From Dissulfuribacterales bacterium (GTDB taxonomy: Bacteria > Desulfobacterota > Dissulfuribacteria > Dissulfuribacterales > DYLC01), in assembly GCA_041287365.1 (NCBI GenBank), contig JBEULL010000004.1, forward strand, positions 8,353 to 72,352: a stretch of 64,000 nt of DNA, in the 5' to 3' direction. The notes beneath the pieces are model-generated. The model saw only the letters and a list, made by a program, of their open reading frames with translations, made no database searches and was not told where the DNA came from. Both the position numbers and the translations under genes were made by a program. Positions 9,767-19,366 of the stretch are shown here, piece by piece (positions within the stretch are counted from its first letter, which is position 1; every line of letters begins with the position of its first letter).

Positions 9767-10585
9767 TCAATAATACTGAATCGACTGATTTTCTGCATGA
9801 AGCACAACAAATGACGGCCTGCCGTCGTGCGGTTGGCCGTTGTTTACAGCTTCATCGCTCTGCCGGTCATGTATCCAAAAGAGCAGAATATCCTCATCGC
9901 CTTCCTTTTGGAGCAGCATCAATTTTCCTGTTTTGGCGAGTTCCAGTATGGCCAGAAAGGTCAGGATGATCAAACTGCGGCTTTGTCCGAGGGCGAGTTG
10001 CAAAAAGGATTCCCTCTTGCGTTGTGCCAATATCTCGGAAAGCAAGGCCATGTGAGCAGGGAGATTCCTGTCTTCCTCGTGAAGCTCCAGCACATGAACA
10101 CTGTTCTGTCGGGCCATGGCGTTTTTGAATGCGATAAAAAGCTCGAAAACGCCGATTTCCTTTACACCCACGGCAAAATCCTCACCCATCTCCATCAGCA
10201 ATTCCTGAAAGGCGTTTTCCCGCACAAACACATCGCGATTCAATATCTCCCTGGATTCCAGGGCAATGGCCGCCTCCTTGAAACGGGCCAGTTCCTGAAG
10301 GGGTCTCACCAGTTCTTCTCTGGGGTCTTCTGTGTTCAAAGGTGGTTCAGGTTTGGGCAGCAGCATGAGGGATTTGATGTGTATCAGAGTGGCGGCCATG
10401 GCCAGATACTCTCCGGCTATGGCGATATTCAATTCCCTCATGATCTCAAGATATTGAAGGTATTGGGTTGTCACCAAAGCCATGGGAATGTCCGTGATGT
10501 CCATCTGATTTTTATGAATGAGATGCAGCAGCAGGTCCAGGGGCCCGTCAAATGCATTCAGGGTTATGTGGCACGCTGAATCCAA
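9767..10585 (-). CDS. scpA: Segregation and condensation protein A
   Basis: FDGPLDLLLHLIHKNQMDITDIPMALVTTQYLQYLE is the canonical ScpA N-terminus; overlaps the trpS stop. Confidence 0.88.
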   Translation of the reverse strand: MDSACHITLNAFDGPLDLLLHLIHKNQMDITDIPMALVTTQYLQYLEIMRELNIAIAGEYLAMAATLIHIKSLMLLPKPEPPLNTEDPREELVRPLQELARFKEAAIALESREILNRDVFVRENAFQELLMEMGEDFAVGVKEIGVFELFIAFKNAMARQNSVHVLELHEEDRNLPAHMALLSEILAQRKRESFLQLALGQSRSLIILTFLAILELAKTGKLMLLQKEGDEDILLFWIHDRQSDEAVNNGQPHDGRPSFVVLHAENQSIQYY

Positions 10586-11559
10586 ATCGCCTCCCTTACC
10601 TGTGAAATGGTTGACTCTGCCACCTTTCTGGCCTTTTCAGCGCCTGACATCAGGATTTCGTGAATCTTCTGCGGGTTTGAGGACAGAGCACAGCGTCTTT
10701 CATGTACTTCAACCAGCCCATGGACTATGGCTTCCGCCAGCTCTTTTTTGCAGGCCACACAGCCAAGCCTGGCCGCCTTGCAGTCCTTTTCGATCTCTTT
10801 GAGCCTTTCGGAAGGCAGATAGAGTTTGTGGAGCTGAAACGCCACGCAGCGCTTTTCAGGGTCGCCGGGGTCGGATTTGCGGGGTCTCTCCACATCGGTC
10901 ACCATGGTGGCGATCTTACTGCGGATGTCCTCGTCTGAATCCGACAGGAAGATGGAATTGCCGTAGCTCTTGCTCATCTTTCTGCCATCCAGGCCGGGCA
11001 GCTTGGGGGTTTCTGCAAGCAGGGCATCAGGCACAGGAAATACCTCACCATACAGATAATTGAAACGACGGGTTATCTCCCTTGTGAGCTCCACGTGAGG
11101 CAGTTGATCCATGCCCACAGGGACCTTATTGGCTTTGTACATGATGATATCCGCGGCCTGAAGCACTGGATAGCCCAAAAAACCATAGGTGGCCAGGTCC
11201 ATCTCTTTGAGCTGCTGCTGCTGTTCTTTATATGTGGGATTGCGTTCGAGCCATGAGACCGGCGTGATCATGGAGAGTAACAGGTGCAGCTCGGCGTGTT
11301 CCTTGATATCTGATTGCACAAACAGTGTGCTTTTTTCAGGATCTATGCCGCACGCTATCCAATCCATGACCATTTCATCTATGTTTTCGCAGATGGACCA
11401 GGGATTTTCGTAATTGGTGGTCAGGGCATGCCAGTCGGCCACAAAGAAGAAACAGTCATAATCCTGCTGCATGTTCCGCCAGTTATGCAGAACCCCATGC
11501 AGATGTCCCAGATGTAGTTTCCCAGACGGCCTCATTCCACTCAAAACCCGTTGACGCAT
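10564..11559 (-). CDS. trpS: Tryptophan--tRNA ligase
   Basis: GMRPSGKLHLGHLHG (HIGH-type) and KMSKS motifs; 331 aa. Confidence 0.97.
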   Translation of the reverse strand: MRQRVLSGMRPSGKLHLGHLHGVLHNWRNMQQDYDCFFFVADWHALTTNYENPWSICENIDEMVMDWIACGIDPEKSTLFVQSDIKEHAELHLLLSMITPVSWLERNPTYKEQQQQLKEMDLATYGFLGYPVLQAADIIMYKANKVPVGMDQLPHVELTREITRRFNYLYGEVFPVPDALLAETPKLPGLDGRKMSKSYGNSIFLSDSDEDIRSKIATMVTDVERPRKSDPGDPEKRCVAFQLHKLYLPSERLKEIEKDCKAARLGCVACKKELAEAIVHGLVEVHERRCALSSNPQKIHEILMSGAEKARKVAESTISQVREAIWIQRAT

Positions 11560-11610
11560 TTCATCCTCGCTTACGAAAAATTATCTCGAAAGTATTGTAC
11601 ATTACATTCG

Positions 11611-12243
11611 TCATGTCAAGGAAAGAAGATGGAGGTTCTGAAGCAAGAGCCTGCATGCCTTGATTAAAAAGGCCGCGCCATAGCCCAGAAGACACAGTGC
11701 CAGTGCCCTCATGATCAGGTCGTAGATTCTGCCGTGCAAAAAGCTGCGGAAACGTGAGACACCGAAGGCAATGGCTGTTTTGATGCTGATAAGCACAGAC
11801 AAAAATGTCGCAAGAAAGGCAAGATTTGTCGAGATTGTCCCTGAGATGAGATAGGGGCCGGCCACTGTAAACCAAAACAGATACGGGTTGGGATTCAGGA
11901 AGTTCATCTTTATGCCGGTCAGCAACGGGCCTGATCTCAGGTCAGGCGCCTCAGGCATGGGTACACGGGTCACTCTAAGGCTTTTATAGCCTAAACGCAG
12001 CAGATAGAGGCCGCCGATAACACTCAGTACTATCTGCAGCCAGGTGGTGTCCTGCGTTCGGGAAAAGAGTAGGGACGCCGCAGCCATTATGGGTACATCC
12101 GTAAAAAGTGGAGACAGCGCAACCATCACGCCGGCCCTGAATCCGCGAGTCAGAGTCTCGTGAATGACTATGACGCTGAGCGGCCCCGGGCTCAATCCTC
12201 CCGATGCGCCGAAGATCAGGGCTGCGGTAATGTATTCTATCAC
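11611..12243 (-). CDS. LysE/RhtB family amino-acid exporter
   Basis: 210 aa, 6 TM, N-terminal GASGGLSPGPLSVIVIHETLTRGFRAG pattern typical of the LysE family. Confidence 0.85.
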   Translation of the reverse strand: MIEYITAALIFGASGGLSPGPLSVIVIHETLTRGFRAGVMVALSPLFTDVPIMAAASLLFSRTQDTTWLQIVLSVIGGLYLLRLGYKSLRVTRVPMPEAPDLRSGPLLTGIKMNFLNPNPYLFWFTVAGPYLISGTISTNLAFLATFLSVLISIKTAIAFGVSRFRSFLHGRIYDLIMRALALCLLGYGAAFLIKACRLLLQNLHLLSLT

Positions 12244-12260
12244 TTGCCTACGGGGTTGTG

Positions 12261-13022
12261 TCAGTAAAGCGGTACTTCCACTATGCGGTCATTAGGCCCG
12301 ATACGTAACGATATCCGCAGACTTGTCACGCTTTTGACCTCCTCAGGAAAACCAGGGAAAAACAATACGCCGTAGGCCAGGTCACCCTGGCGGACCGGTT
12401 TGTTTTTCAAGGTTTTTTGAGAGAGGTCTTGGCGCAGCCTGTCGTCCAGATCCGCTCTGCTGGTGGCACCGCCTGCTATGGCACCTGCCGTAGCGCCGAG
12501 CACGGCCCCTGTCCCGGCGGCACTTCCCGCATTTTTTCCGGATACTATGCCGATGGCCAGTCCGGCCAGGGCGCCTGCTGCACCAGCCAGGACAGCGGGT
12601 TTGAGGGCACCCTTGCCTGTCTCGGCCATATCCACCTGCTTGCCTGCCCTGTCATAAAGTTGTTCTGATTTGAGCAGCGGCCATGCCTGTCCTGACATGT
12701 CCAGAAGAAAGGTCTGATCCGGGACTACACTTACTTCCTGGCCTGAACGGTTGTCCAGCACCAGTTGCACCGGTAGCAGACCGGCCCCACGGGCATCGAA
12801 GCCGAACGCCTCCTTGGCCGATTTCTCGTCCAGATATGCCCTGGCCGACAGGCTTACGCCGTCTATTTCCAGATGATTGGCTTGAGCCGATGGAAGTGGA
12901 ATGGGTGCCACTCGACTTTCGTAGGTGGAACAGCCGGCCAGCCCTGTGTTCAATGCCATTAGACCGGCCAAAGAAATTGCCGTCATTTTATGCGGTGTTT
13001 TCATGCTTCCTCCATAATTCAA
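12261..13022 (-). CDS. Lipoprotein of unknown function with glycine-zipper segment
   Basis: Lipobox NTGLAG|C; central Gly/Ala zipper AVLAGAAGALAGLAIGIVSGKNAGSAAGTGAVLGATAGAIAGGA; no recognisable catalytic motif. Confidence 0.6.
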   Translation of the reverse strand: MNYGGSMKTPHKMTAISLAGLMALNTGLAGCSTYESRVAPIPLPSAQANHLEIDGVSLSARAYLDEKSAKEAFGFDARGAGLLPVQLVLDNRSGQEVSVVPDQTFLLDMSGQAWPLLKSEQLYDRAGKQVDMAETGKGALKPAVLAGAAGALAGLAIGIVSGKNAGSAAGTGAVLGATAGAIAGGATSRADLDDRLRQDLSQKTLKNKPVRQGDLAYGVLFFPGFPEEVKSVTSLRISLRIGPNDRIVEVPLY

Positions 13023-13065
13023 CAGTTAGCATTATTTTTTTACGAGACCATTAAAGATGATTGTT

Positions 13066-13926
13066 TCAAGGCCCTGCTCTTTCGATTTGTATCCGTTCGC
13101 CCAAAAATGCCTGCACTATTCTCTGATTGGTCTGGTGTAGATCGGAGAGAAAATAGAGATTGGCTACACCCGTGGATTCACGGGCCAGACCACCCGTTTG
13201 TGCCAGATAGGAATGCACGGAACGTGCCACTTCATGAGACGGGTCTATGAGCTTGACATGCTTGCCGATCTTTTCTTGAATGATGGGCTTCAATAAGGGG
13301 TAATGCGTGCAGCCCAGTATCAATGTATTCACATGCCGTTCTTTCAATGGACGCAGATATTTTTTGACGATCATGCGCGTCTCGCGGCACTTTAACCAAC
13401 CTTCCTCCACCAAAGGGACCAGCAGAGGGCATGCCTGACCTATGATCTCCGTATCAGCGCTCAGGGCTCCTATTTTGGTTTCATATACCCTGCTCCCTAT
13501 GGTGGCGCGAGTGCCGATCAATCCGATTTTTTTGTTTTTTGTAAAGGCCAATGCCTGTTCAATGGAAGGCGTGATCACCTCGAATATGGGCAGATCGAAG
13601 GTGTTTTTCAGGTGTTCCGTGGCCACGCTGGCAGCGCTGTGACAAGCGATCACCAGTATATTCGCTCCGTGTTGCAAAAGGAATTTGGAATCCTCCTCGG
13701 CGTATCGTGTGATGGTTTCCGGCCCTTTGGTGCCGTAGGGCGTACGTGCGGTATCTCCAAAATATATGATGGGTTGATGAGGCATGATTCTGCGGATTTC
13801 CCTTACAACCGTCAATCCGCCTACACCTGAATCGAAGATGCCGATTACTGCGGGTTTTGTTGCAGCTGTTTTTTGCGGAATTGCATTGTCGTTGTTTTTC
13901 ATATTTGTAATGGGCTCATCAAGCAT
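13066..13926 (-). CDS. murI: Glutamate racemase
   Basis: GIFDSGVGGLTV, IACHSAS-type (VIACHSAA) and LGCTHYP catalytic-Cys motifs. Confidence 0.95.
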   Translation of the reverse strand: MLDEPITNMKNNDNAIPQKTAATKPAVIGIFDSGVGGLTVVREIRRIMPHQPIIYFGDTARTPYGTKGPETITRYAEEDSKFLLQHGANILVIACHSAASVATEHLKNTFDLPIFEVITPSIEQALAFTKNKKIGLIGTRATIGSRVYETKIGALSADTEIIGQACPLLVPLVEEGWLKCRETRMIVKKYLRPLKERHVNTLILGCTHYPLLKPIIQEKIGKHVKLIDPSHEVARSVHSYLAQTGGLARESTGVANLYFLSDLHQTNQRIVQAFLGERIQIERAGP

Positions 13927-14055
13927 GGTTATATCTATGTTGGCTGAGTGATTTTTTTTGGTTTTTAGGAATCAGCATATAGTTATTCGGCTGCTTGAAT
14001 GTTATTATATGTGAGCCTTTTACATCAGGTCATCCATATTCTCAAGGAGGATTTT

Positions 14056-15429
14056 ATGCCGGAGGAATACCCTTCATGCCCTGTGCCGTGGACCGTGTCG
14101 GACATGATAGACGAGATTGCCGATGAAGATGAGATAGATACCTCCATAAAAACCCTGGGTGAGGCCAAAATCGAATCACCCATGACGCGCCGGACCATGA
14201 CCTGCTTTGTTACGGATCAACAGAGGGTTTTGCTGCGTGCATCACATGCCGCTGTTGAACACTGGCAGCAGACAGGCGAGGCCAAGTCCTTTGAATTGGC
14301 GGGTCCCAGATACCTCCTGTATTTTGACCCAACCAAGACCAGATGCGCTATAGTGACATGCGGCGGGCTGTGCCCTGGCATAAACGACGTCATCAGATCC
14401 ATTGTCCTGACCCTTAACTATGGCTACGGCATCTCGTCCGTCGTTGGCATTCAGTATGGCCTTCGAGGTTTTATGCCGAAATATGAACTACCTGTAAAAG
14501 AGTTGAATCCTGTGGTGGTGGACCGCATTCATGAATACGGCGGCACGATTTTGGGTTCATCGCGAGGCAATCAGCCGGTGGAAGAGATAGTTGATGCCAT
14601 GGTGCGCATGAATATCAACATTCTCTTCATGATAGGGGGGGATGGTACATTCCGCGCTGCCGTGGACATTCAAGCGGAGATCGAGAGGCGTGGCCTCAAG
14701 ATTGCTGTGGTTGCCATTCCCAAGACCATCGACAACGACATCTACCTGGTTTCCAAGACATTTGGGTTCGAGACGGCTGTAGAGATGGCCTGTGAGGCCA
14801 TTCGATGCGCCCATACAGAGGCCATCGGAGCGCCTAATTGTATAGGTCTTGTAAAGGTCATGGGCAGGCACTCCGGTTTCATAGCCGCTGCCGCCACTCA
14901 CGCCCTGCGTGAAGTGAATTTTTGCTTGATTCCGGAGAGTGATTTTGATCTGGATGGCGAAAACGGCCTGCTGAAGGCATTAGAGCGGAGATTGCGCCAG
15001 CGTTCACATGCTGTCATTCTTGTGGCGGAAGGCGCGGGCCAGAAATATGTGACAGGCGACAAGGTCAGCCGGGACGCATCAGGCAATATAAAACTAGGGG
15101 ATATCGGCCTGTTTCTCAGGGATACCTTCAAGGCCTATTTTCAGAAGATCGGTATGGAGGTGGTTATTCGATACATCGACCCCAGTTATCTGGTTAGAAG
15201 TGTTCCCGCCAATGTCTATGACCGGCTATATTGCGCCAATTTAGGGCAGAATGCCGTCCATGCCGCCATGTCGGGCAAAACAGGAATGATGGTCAGTCGC
15301 TGGAACGACAGATATGTCCATGTGCCCATAGCAGAGGCCATCAAACGGCGTAAACAGGTAAATATCTCCAGCCGCTTCTGGCTGAGCGTGCTGGAGGCCA
15401 CGGGCCAGTCCAGCCTGAAAAATTTGTAG
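14056..15429 (+). CDS. pfkA: ATP-dependent 6-phosphofructokinase (long PfkA-family form)
   Basis: TCGGLCPGINDVIRS, MIGGDGTFR (GGDG suggests ATP rather than PPi type), PKTIDNDI. ATG at 14056 follows AAGGAGG; the ORF-track start at 13999 has no RBS. Confidence 0.9.
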   Translation: MPEEYPSCPVPWTVSDMIDEIADEDEIDTSIKTLGEAKIESPMTRRTMTCFVTDQQRVLLRASHAAVEHWQQTGEAKSFELAGPRYLLYFDPTKTRCAIVTCGGLCPGINDVIRSIVLTLNYGYGISSVVGIQYGLRGFMPKYELPVKELNPVVVDRIHEYGGTILGSSRGNQPVEEIVDAMVRMNINILFMIGGDGTFRAAVDIQAEIERRGLKIAVVAIPKTIDNDIYLVSKTFGFETAVEMACEAIRCAHTEAIGAPNCIGLVKVMGRHSGFIAAAATHALREVNFCLIPESDFDLDGENGLLKALERRLRQRSHAVILVAEGAGQKYVTGDKVSRDASGNIKLGDIGLFLRDTFKAYFQKIGMEVVIRYIDPSYLVRSVPANVYDRLYCANLGQNAVHAAMSGKTGMMVSRWNDRYVHVPIAEAIKRRKQVNISSRFWLSVLEATGQSSLKNL

Positions 15430-15459
15430 CCATGAGGAGTCGTTTTTTGCGTAATTCAT

Positions 15460-16593
15460 TTGAGCAACATGACTGACAGCATAATTCCATTGGACTATCG
15501 CTCCCTGACCAGAGAGAAATTGGAGGCTTTGGCAGTTTCTCTAGAGCTTTCGGCCTTTCGAGGCAGACAGCTCTTCCGCTGGCTCTGGCGGCCTGGGTTT
15601 ATAACTATGGAACAGGCCACGGACCTTTCACGGGATACAAGGCGGATATTTGCGGAAAAGGGCCGTATTTATAATCTCGATTTGCACAAGAGACAGGTCT
15701 CTCGAGACGGCACGGAGAAATTCGGTTTCAGGCTTTCGGATGGTTTGACTATAGAGACGGTTCTGATTCCGGAGGAAGACCACCATACCCTGTGCCTGTC
15801 CACTCAGGTGGGCTGCGCCATGGGCTGCGCCTTTTGCCATACCGCCCGCATGGGTTTCAAACGTAATCTGCTGCCATCGGAGATAGCAGGTCAGGTGTTG
15901 GCGGTGCAGGGCCTGGTGGAGCCGTATAAATGGCCTCGCAATCTGGTATTCATGGGCATGGGAGAACCCCTTGCCAATTTCAAACACCTGCTCACCAGTC
16001 TGAACATACTTTCAGACGACCTGGGGTTGAATTTTTCCAGCCGCCGCATCACTGTCTCCACCTGTGGGTTGGTGCCGGAGATGTTGGAACTGGGTTCGAA
16101 GACCACATACGGCCTGGCAGTTTCTCTACATGCCACTACAGACGAAATACGGGACAGGATAATGCCTGTAAATAGGAGATATCCACTTAAAACCCTGCTT
16201 GCAGCCTGTAAGTCCTATCCTTTGCCCAAGAGAAGGCGCATCACCTTTGAATATCTGCTTCTGGCGGATGTAAACGACTCGCCTGCGGATGCCAGGCGTC
16301 TGGTCAGGCTGCTTTCAAATATTCCCAGCAAGATCAATCTGATTCCGTTCAATGCCAGCGTGGGCATTTCGTTCAATGCCCCTGCCTTGCAGCGGGTCAT
16401 GGAGTTTCAGGCGATTTTGGTGAATGCCGGATTTACAGCCATGATTCGTAAGAGCAAGGGGCAGGACATAGCGGCCGCCTGCGGCCAGTTATATGCGAAA
16501 GGAGGACAAGATGTGTCAGACACACGCTTACCTGTTGAAAGACGGCAAGGAGGAGGAGTTCATGCGGGATGTTCTGCATGTGAATGTGCATGA
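15460..16593 (+). CDS. rlmN: 23S rRNA/tRNA (adenine-C2)-methyltransferase, radical SAM
   Basis: Radical-SAM cluster VGCAMGCAFCHT; C-terminal IAAACGQL. An alternative ATG lies at 15469. Confidence 0.93.
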   Translation: MSNMTDSIIPLDYRSLTREKLEALAVSLELSAFRGRQLFRWLWRPGFITMEQATDLSRDTRRIFAEKGRIYNLDLHKRQVSRDGTEKFGFRLSDGLTIETVLIPEEDHHTLCLSTQVGCAMGCAFCHTARMGFKRNLLPSEIAGQVLAVQGLVEPYKWPRNLVFMGMGEPLANFKHLLTSLNILSDDLGLNFSSRRITVSTCGLVPEMLELGSKTTYGLAVSLHATTDEIRDRIMPVNRRYPLKTLLAACKSYPLPKRRRITFEYLLLADVNDSPADARRLVRLLSNIPSKINLIPFNASVGISFNAPALQRVMEFQAILVNAGFTAMIRKSKGQDIAAACGQLYAKGGQDVSDTRLPVERRQGGGVHAGCSACECA

Positions 16594-16705
16594 GGACGGC
16601 GTAACCATAAAGGGATTTTTTGCGCCAGCCAGAAAGATGGCTGCCCGTATAGTGAAGATCGATTTGGAGCACCATAAGATACTCTTGGAGCCATTTACAG
16701 GCTGA
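16511..16705 (+). CDS. CooT-family small nickel-binding protein (formerly 'predicted RNA-binding protein')
   Basis: MCQTHAYLLKDGKEEEFMRDVLHVNVHEDGVTIKGFFAPARKMAARIVKIDLEHHKILLE fits the CooT pattern (Met-Cys N-terminus, ~64 aa). AGGAGG lies 4 nt before the ATG at 16511. Overlaps the rlmN tail by 83 nt. Confidence 0.7.
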   Translation: MCQTHAYLLKDGKEEEFMRDVLHVNVHEDGVTIKGFFAPARKMAARIVKIDLEHHKILLEPFTG

Positions 16706-16779
16706 AACATGGCTATTTTGTTGTTTTTCATGGTATTTTGCGGCGTCTAATGCCGTTATTTCAATAAGAGGAGGTCATT

Positions 16780-18102
16780 ATGTATCCATTCTGGGAAGTG
16801 CCTGTGTGGACATCCGGCATCTTCATCGCCCTCATCGCCACCTTTCACATTTTGCCTTGTCACTTGGCAACAGGTGCCTTTTGGTTCAATGTCTTTGTGG
16901 AACGCAAGGCATTGAATGAAAACAGGCCCGGGCTGCTGGACTTCATTCAGCGTTACACCCTGATGATTTTGGTCTTTTGCTTTGTGTATGGCTCACTTAC
17001 AGGCGTGGGCATCTGGTTTGCCGCTACGGTGGCCAGTCCTCGATCCATCTCGGCGTTGATACATAATTACGTATGGGGCTGGGCCACGGAGTGGGTCTTC
17101 TTCATTCTGGAGATCGTGGCCATCTATGTCTATTACTACACGTTGAACAGAGTAAGCCCCAAGACTCACATGCGCATCGGCTGGATATATGCCTGGAGCG
17201 CATGGATCAGTATGGTGATCATCACGGGGATTCTGGCCTTTATGCTCTCTTCCGATTCCTGGATTCGCACTGGCGGTTTCTTTGACGGCTTCTTCAACTC
17301 CACATATTGGCCCCAGCTCTTTGCTCGAACCGCCTTGATGCTGGGAATAGCAGGTCTCTATGCCATCATCTCTGCAAGTGGTATGCAGGATTCACGAGAC
17401 AGAAACGAGGTGATTCGCTTGGCCTCTATTTGGGGCATGGCAGGCATGGTGTTCGGCGGCATCTTCAGCGCATGGTTTCTCTACAAAATGCCTGAAAGTG
17501 CCAAATCGCTCAGCCTGTCGGGCGGGCTGCCCTATCTCAAGAACATGCTCTATGCAGCGGTGGTGTGTTACGGTCTGGTGTTTTTATATATGCTTGTAGC
17601 GGGTTTTTTGAGGCCTCAGCTGGCCGGAAAGACCTTGGGCATTCTCATGCTGGTGGTGCTGTTTCTGGGCATAGGAGCTGGTGAGGGCTTTAGAGAAGGT
17701 GTGAGACGGCCTTATATCATCAGCCAGTTTATGTACGGCAATCAGATTATCTCTGCCGATGTGCCGGCCAAGGCCATAAAGTCCGAAAAGGAGCTGTTCA
17801 AGAATGGTTTTCTTGCCCATATTTATTTTGTACCAGACAGCTTACGCACCATAACGCCTGAAAACGAAAAGGCGGCGGGTCATATCATCGCCAGACACCA
17901 GTGCGGAAACTGCCATACCTTCGATGCAGGCGGCAGAATGCGTGCATTGCCTGCCTTGTTTACCAAGTTGGGTATGACCTCCAAGGACGACATCGCAGCT
18001 TGGATGGATGCCATGGAGGGTTATGCCTACATGCCGCCGTTTTTGGGTTCAGAGGAAGAAAAACAGGCAGTTGCGGCCTTTTTGGCCTCAAAGATGCAGT
18101 AA
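16780..18102 (+). CDS. CydA-like (cytochrome bd superfamily) polytopic membrane protein with C-terminal monohaem cytochrome c domain
   Basis: ~8 TM helices. Helix 1 is [16 protein letters not shown] and helix 3 is [17 protein letters not shown]; both resemble CydA as I recall it. The C-terminal ~110 aa carry CGNCH (nt 17902-17916) and a distal YMPPF Met. Confidence 0.6.
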   Translation: MYPFWEVPVWTSGIFIALIATFHILPCHLATGAFWFNVFVERKALNENRPGLLDFIQRYTLMILVFCFVYGSLTGVGIWFAATVASPRSISALIHNYVWGWATEWVFFILEIVAIYVYYYTLNRVSPKTHMRIGWIYAWSAWISMVIITGILAFMLSSDSWIRTGGFFDGFFNSTYWPQLFARTALMLGIAGLYAIISASGMQDSRDRNEVIRLASIWGMAGMVFGGIFSAWFLYKMPESAKSLSLSGGLPYLKNMLYAAVVCYGLVFLYMLVAGFLRPQLAGKTLGILMLVVLFLGIGAGEGFREGVRRPYIISQFMYGNQIISADVPAKAIKSEKELFKNGFLAHIYFVPDSLRTITPENEKAAGHIIARHQCGNCHTFDAGGRMRALPALFTKLGMTSKDDIAAWMDAMEGYAYMPPFLGSEEEKQAVAAFLASKMQ

Positions 18103-18120
18103 TGGTGAAAGGAGCGAGTT

Positions 18121-19326
18121 ATGGAATTAAGTAATTATTTGAATGCCATGAGAGATGCAAGCGGCGTGCCTTTCTATCCGGTGGTCTTTCAATTCTTTTT
18201 GGTTTTGACCTTTGCGCTTCATATCATGTTTGTGAATTTTCTGCTGGGCGGCGTGGTGGTGTCCATCTGGGCTCGTATCAAGGCTACGCCCAATATGTTG
18301 CGTCTGAGCAAGGCCCTGGCCCGTGCCGCCACCATCAATGCCTCTTTGGCCATGGTTCTGGGAGTGGCGCCGTTGCTTTTTGTGCAGGTGATCTATGACC
18401 CATTCTGGTACACGGCCAACTCCATGTCCGCCTACTGGGCCATGGCCTTTCTGCTCATTTTAGCCACGGCCTTTACTGCCTCTTATGTATTTTATCTCTC
18501 AGGAAGCGAAAAGGCGCCTGGTGCATTGGGCTGGGCCGTGTTTGCGCTTCTGGCACTTTTGGCTGCTGGTGGGGTGATACACGCCCTGTCTGTAGAGCAG
18601 CTTCTGCCTCAGATGTGGAAGAGTTGGCTGATCTCAGGAAATGAAGTGAATGCATTCGGCAAGTCCCTTTATGCCTTTGAGTGGCATCGTTTCCTGCACT
18701 TCATGGCGCCCTCGCTCATTATGGCCGGCGTATATCTCATGCTCTATGCCTGGTTCTTTCAGGGACGCAAGGACTACAACAAGGGGTATCTGGAAGAAAC
18801 GGCACAAATGGGGGCCGATCTGGCTTTATATGCAACGGGGGCCCAGATTGTCATCGGCCTGTGGTGGCTGTTCTCGGTGCCAATGGAGTTTGCCTTTTAT
18901 AAAAACCCGTTCTTTCTGGTGGGAGCGGGCATCGGCGCCGCATTCTTTCTGTTTTTGTTGACGGCTCGAGCAAATCCCATAAAAAATGCGCCCATTACCG
19001 CTCTAATCGCCTTTTTGACCATCTTTTTCATGTCTTATGCCCGAGAGGCCTTGCGTATGGTCTATACAGGCAAGGCAGGTTACAGCATTTTCGATTACAA
19101 GCTCTCTTTGGATTGGGGCAGCACGGTGTTGTTTCTGGGCACCTTTGTGATGGGTCTCATCATTATGGCTTACCCGATTCTGGTGGCGGTACAGGTGGCT
19201 AAAAATGGCAAGGAGTCCAATAATGAAGGCCTGGCCAGGTTGGCCACTGCCCTGCCGGTGGTATGGTTTTTGGTGGTGGCAGGCCTGGGCATTGTCATAT
19301 CTCTTAAAAACGGCACTCTGTTTTAG
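18121..19326 (+). CDS. Second CydA-like polytopic membrane protein (partner subunit, function unknown)
   Basis: 401 aa, ~9 TM. The first helix repeats the His-containing pattern (FQFFLVLTFALHIMFVNFLLGG). GGAG RBS; starts 19 nt after the upstream stop. Confidence 0.5.
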   Translation: MELSNYLNAMRDASGVPFYPVVFQFFLVLTFALHIMFVNFLLGGVVVSIWARIKATPNMLRLSKALARAATINASLAMVLGVAPLLFVQVIYDPFWYTANSMSAYWAMAFLLILATAFTASYVFYLSGSEKAPGALGWAVFALLALLAAGGVIHALSVEQLLPQMWKSWLISGNEVNAFGKSLYAFEWHRFLHFMAPSLIMAGVYLMLYAWFFQGRKDYNKGYLEETAQMGADLALYATGAQIVIGLWWLFSVPMEFAFYKNPFFLVGAGIGAAFFLFLLTARANPIKNAPITALIAFLTIFFMSYAREALRMVYTGKAGYSIFDYKLSLDWGSTVLFLGTFVMGLIIMAYPILVAVQVAKNGKESNNEGLARLATALPVVWFLVVAGLGIVISLKNGTLF

Positions 19327-19366
19327 CTGAATTGTGGAATATAACCGCATTGTTTTTAATGAGGCG

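Noticed and set aside
13999-14055. 19-codon N-terminal extension of pfk from the ORF-track start.
   Set aside because: It has no RBS. ATG at 14056 is preceded by AAGGAGG at ideal spacing, and the extension has a hydrophobic, non-conserved look.
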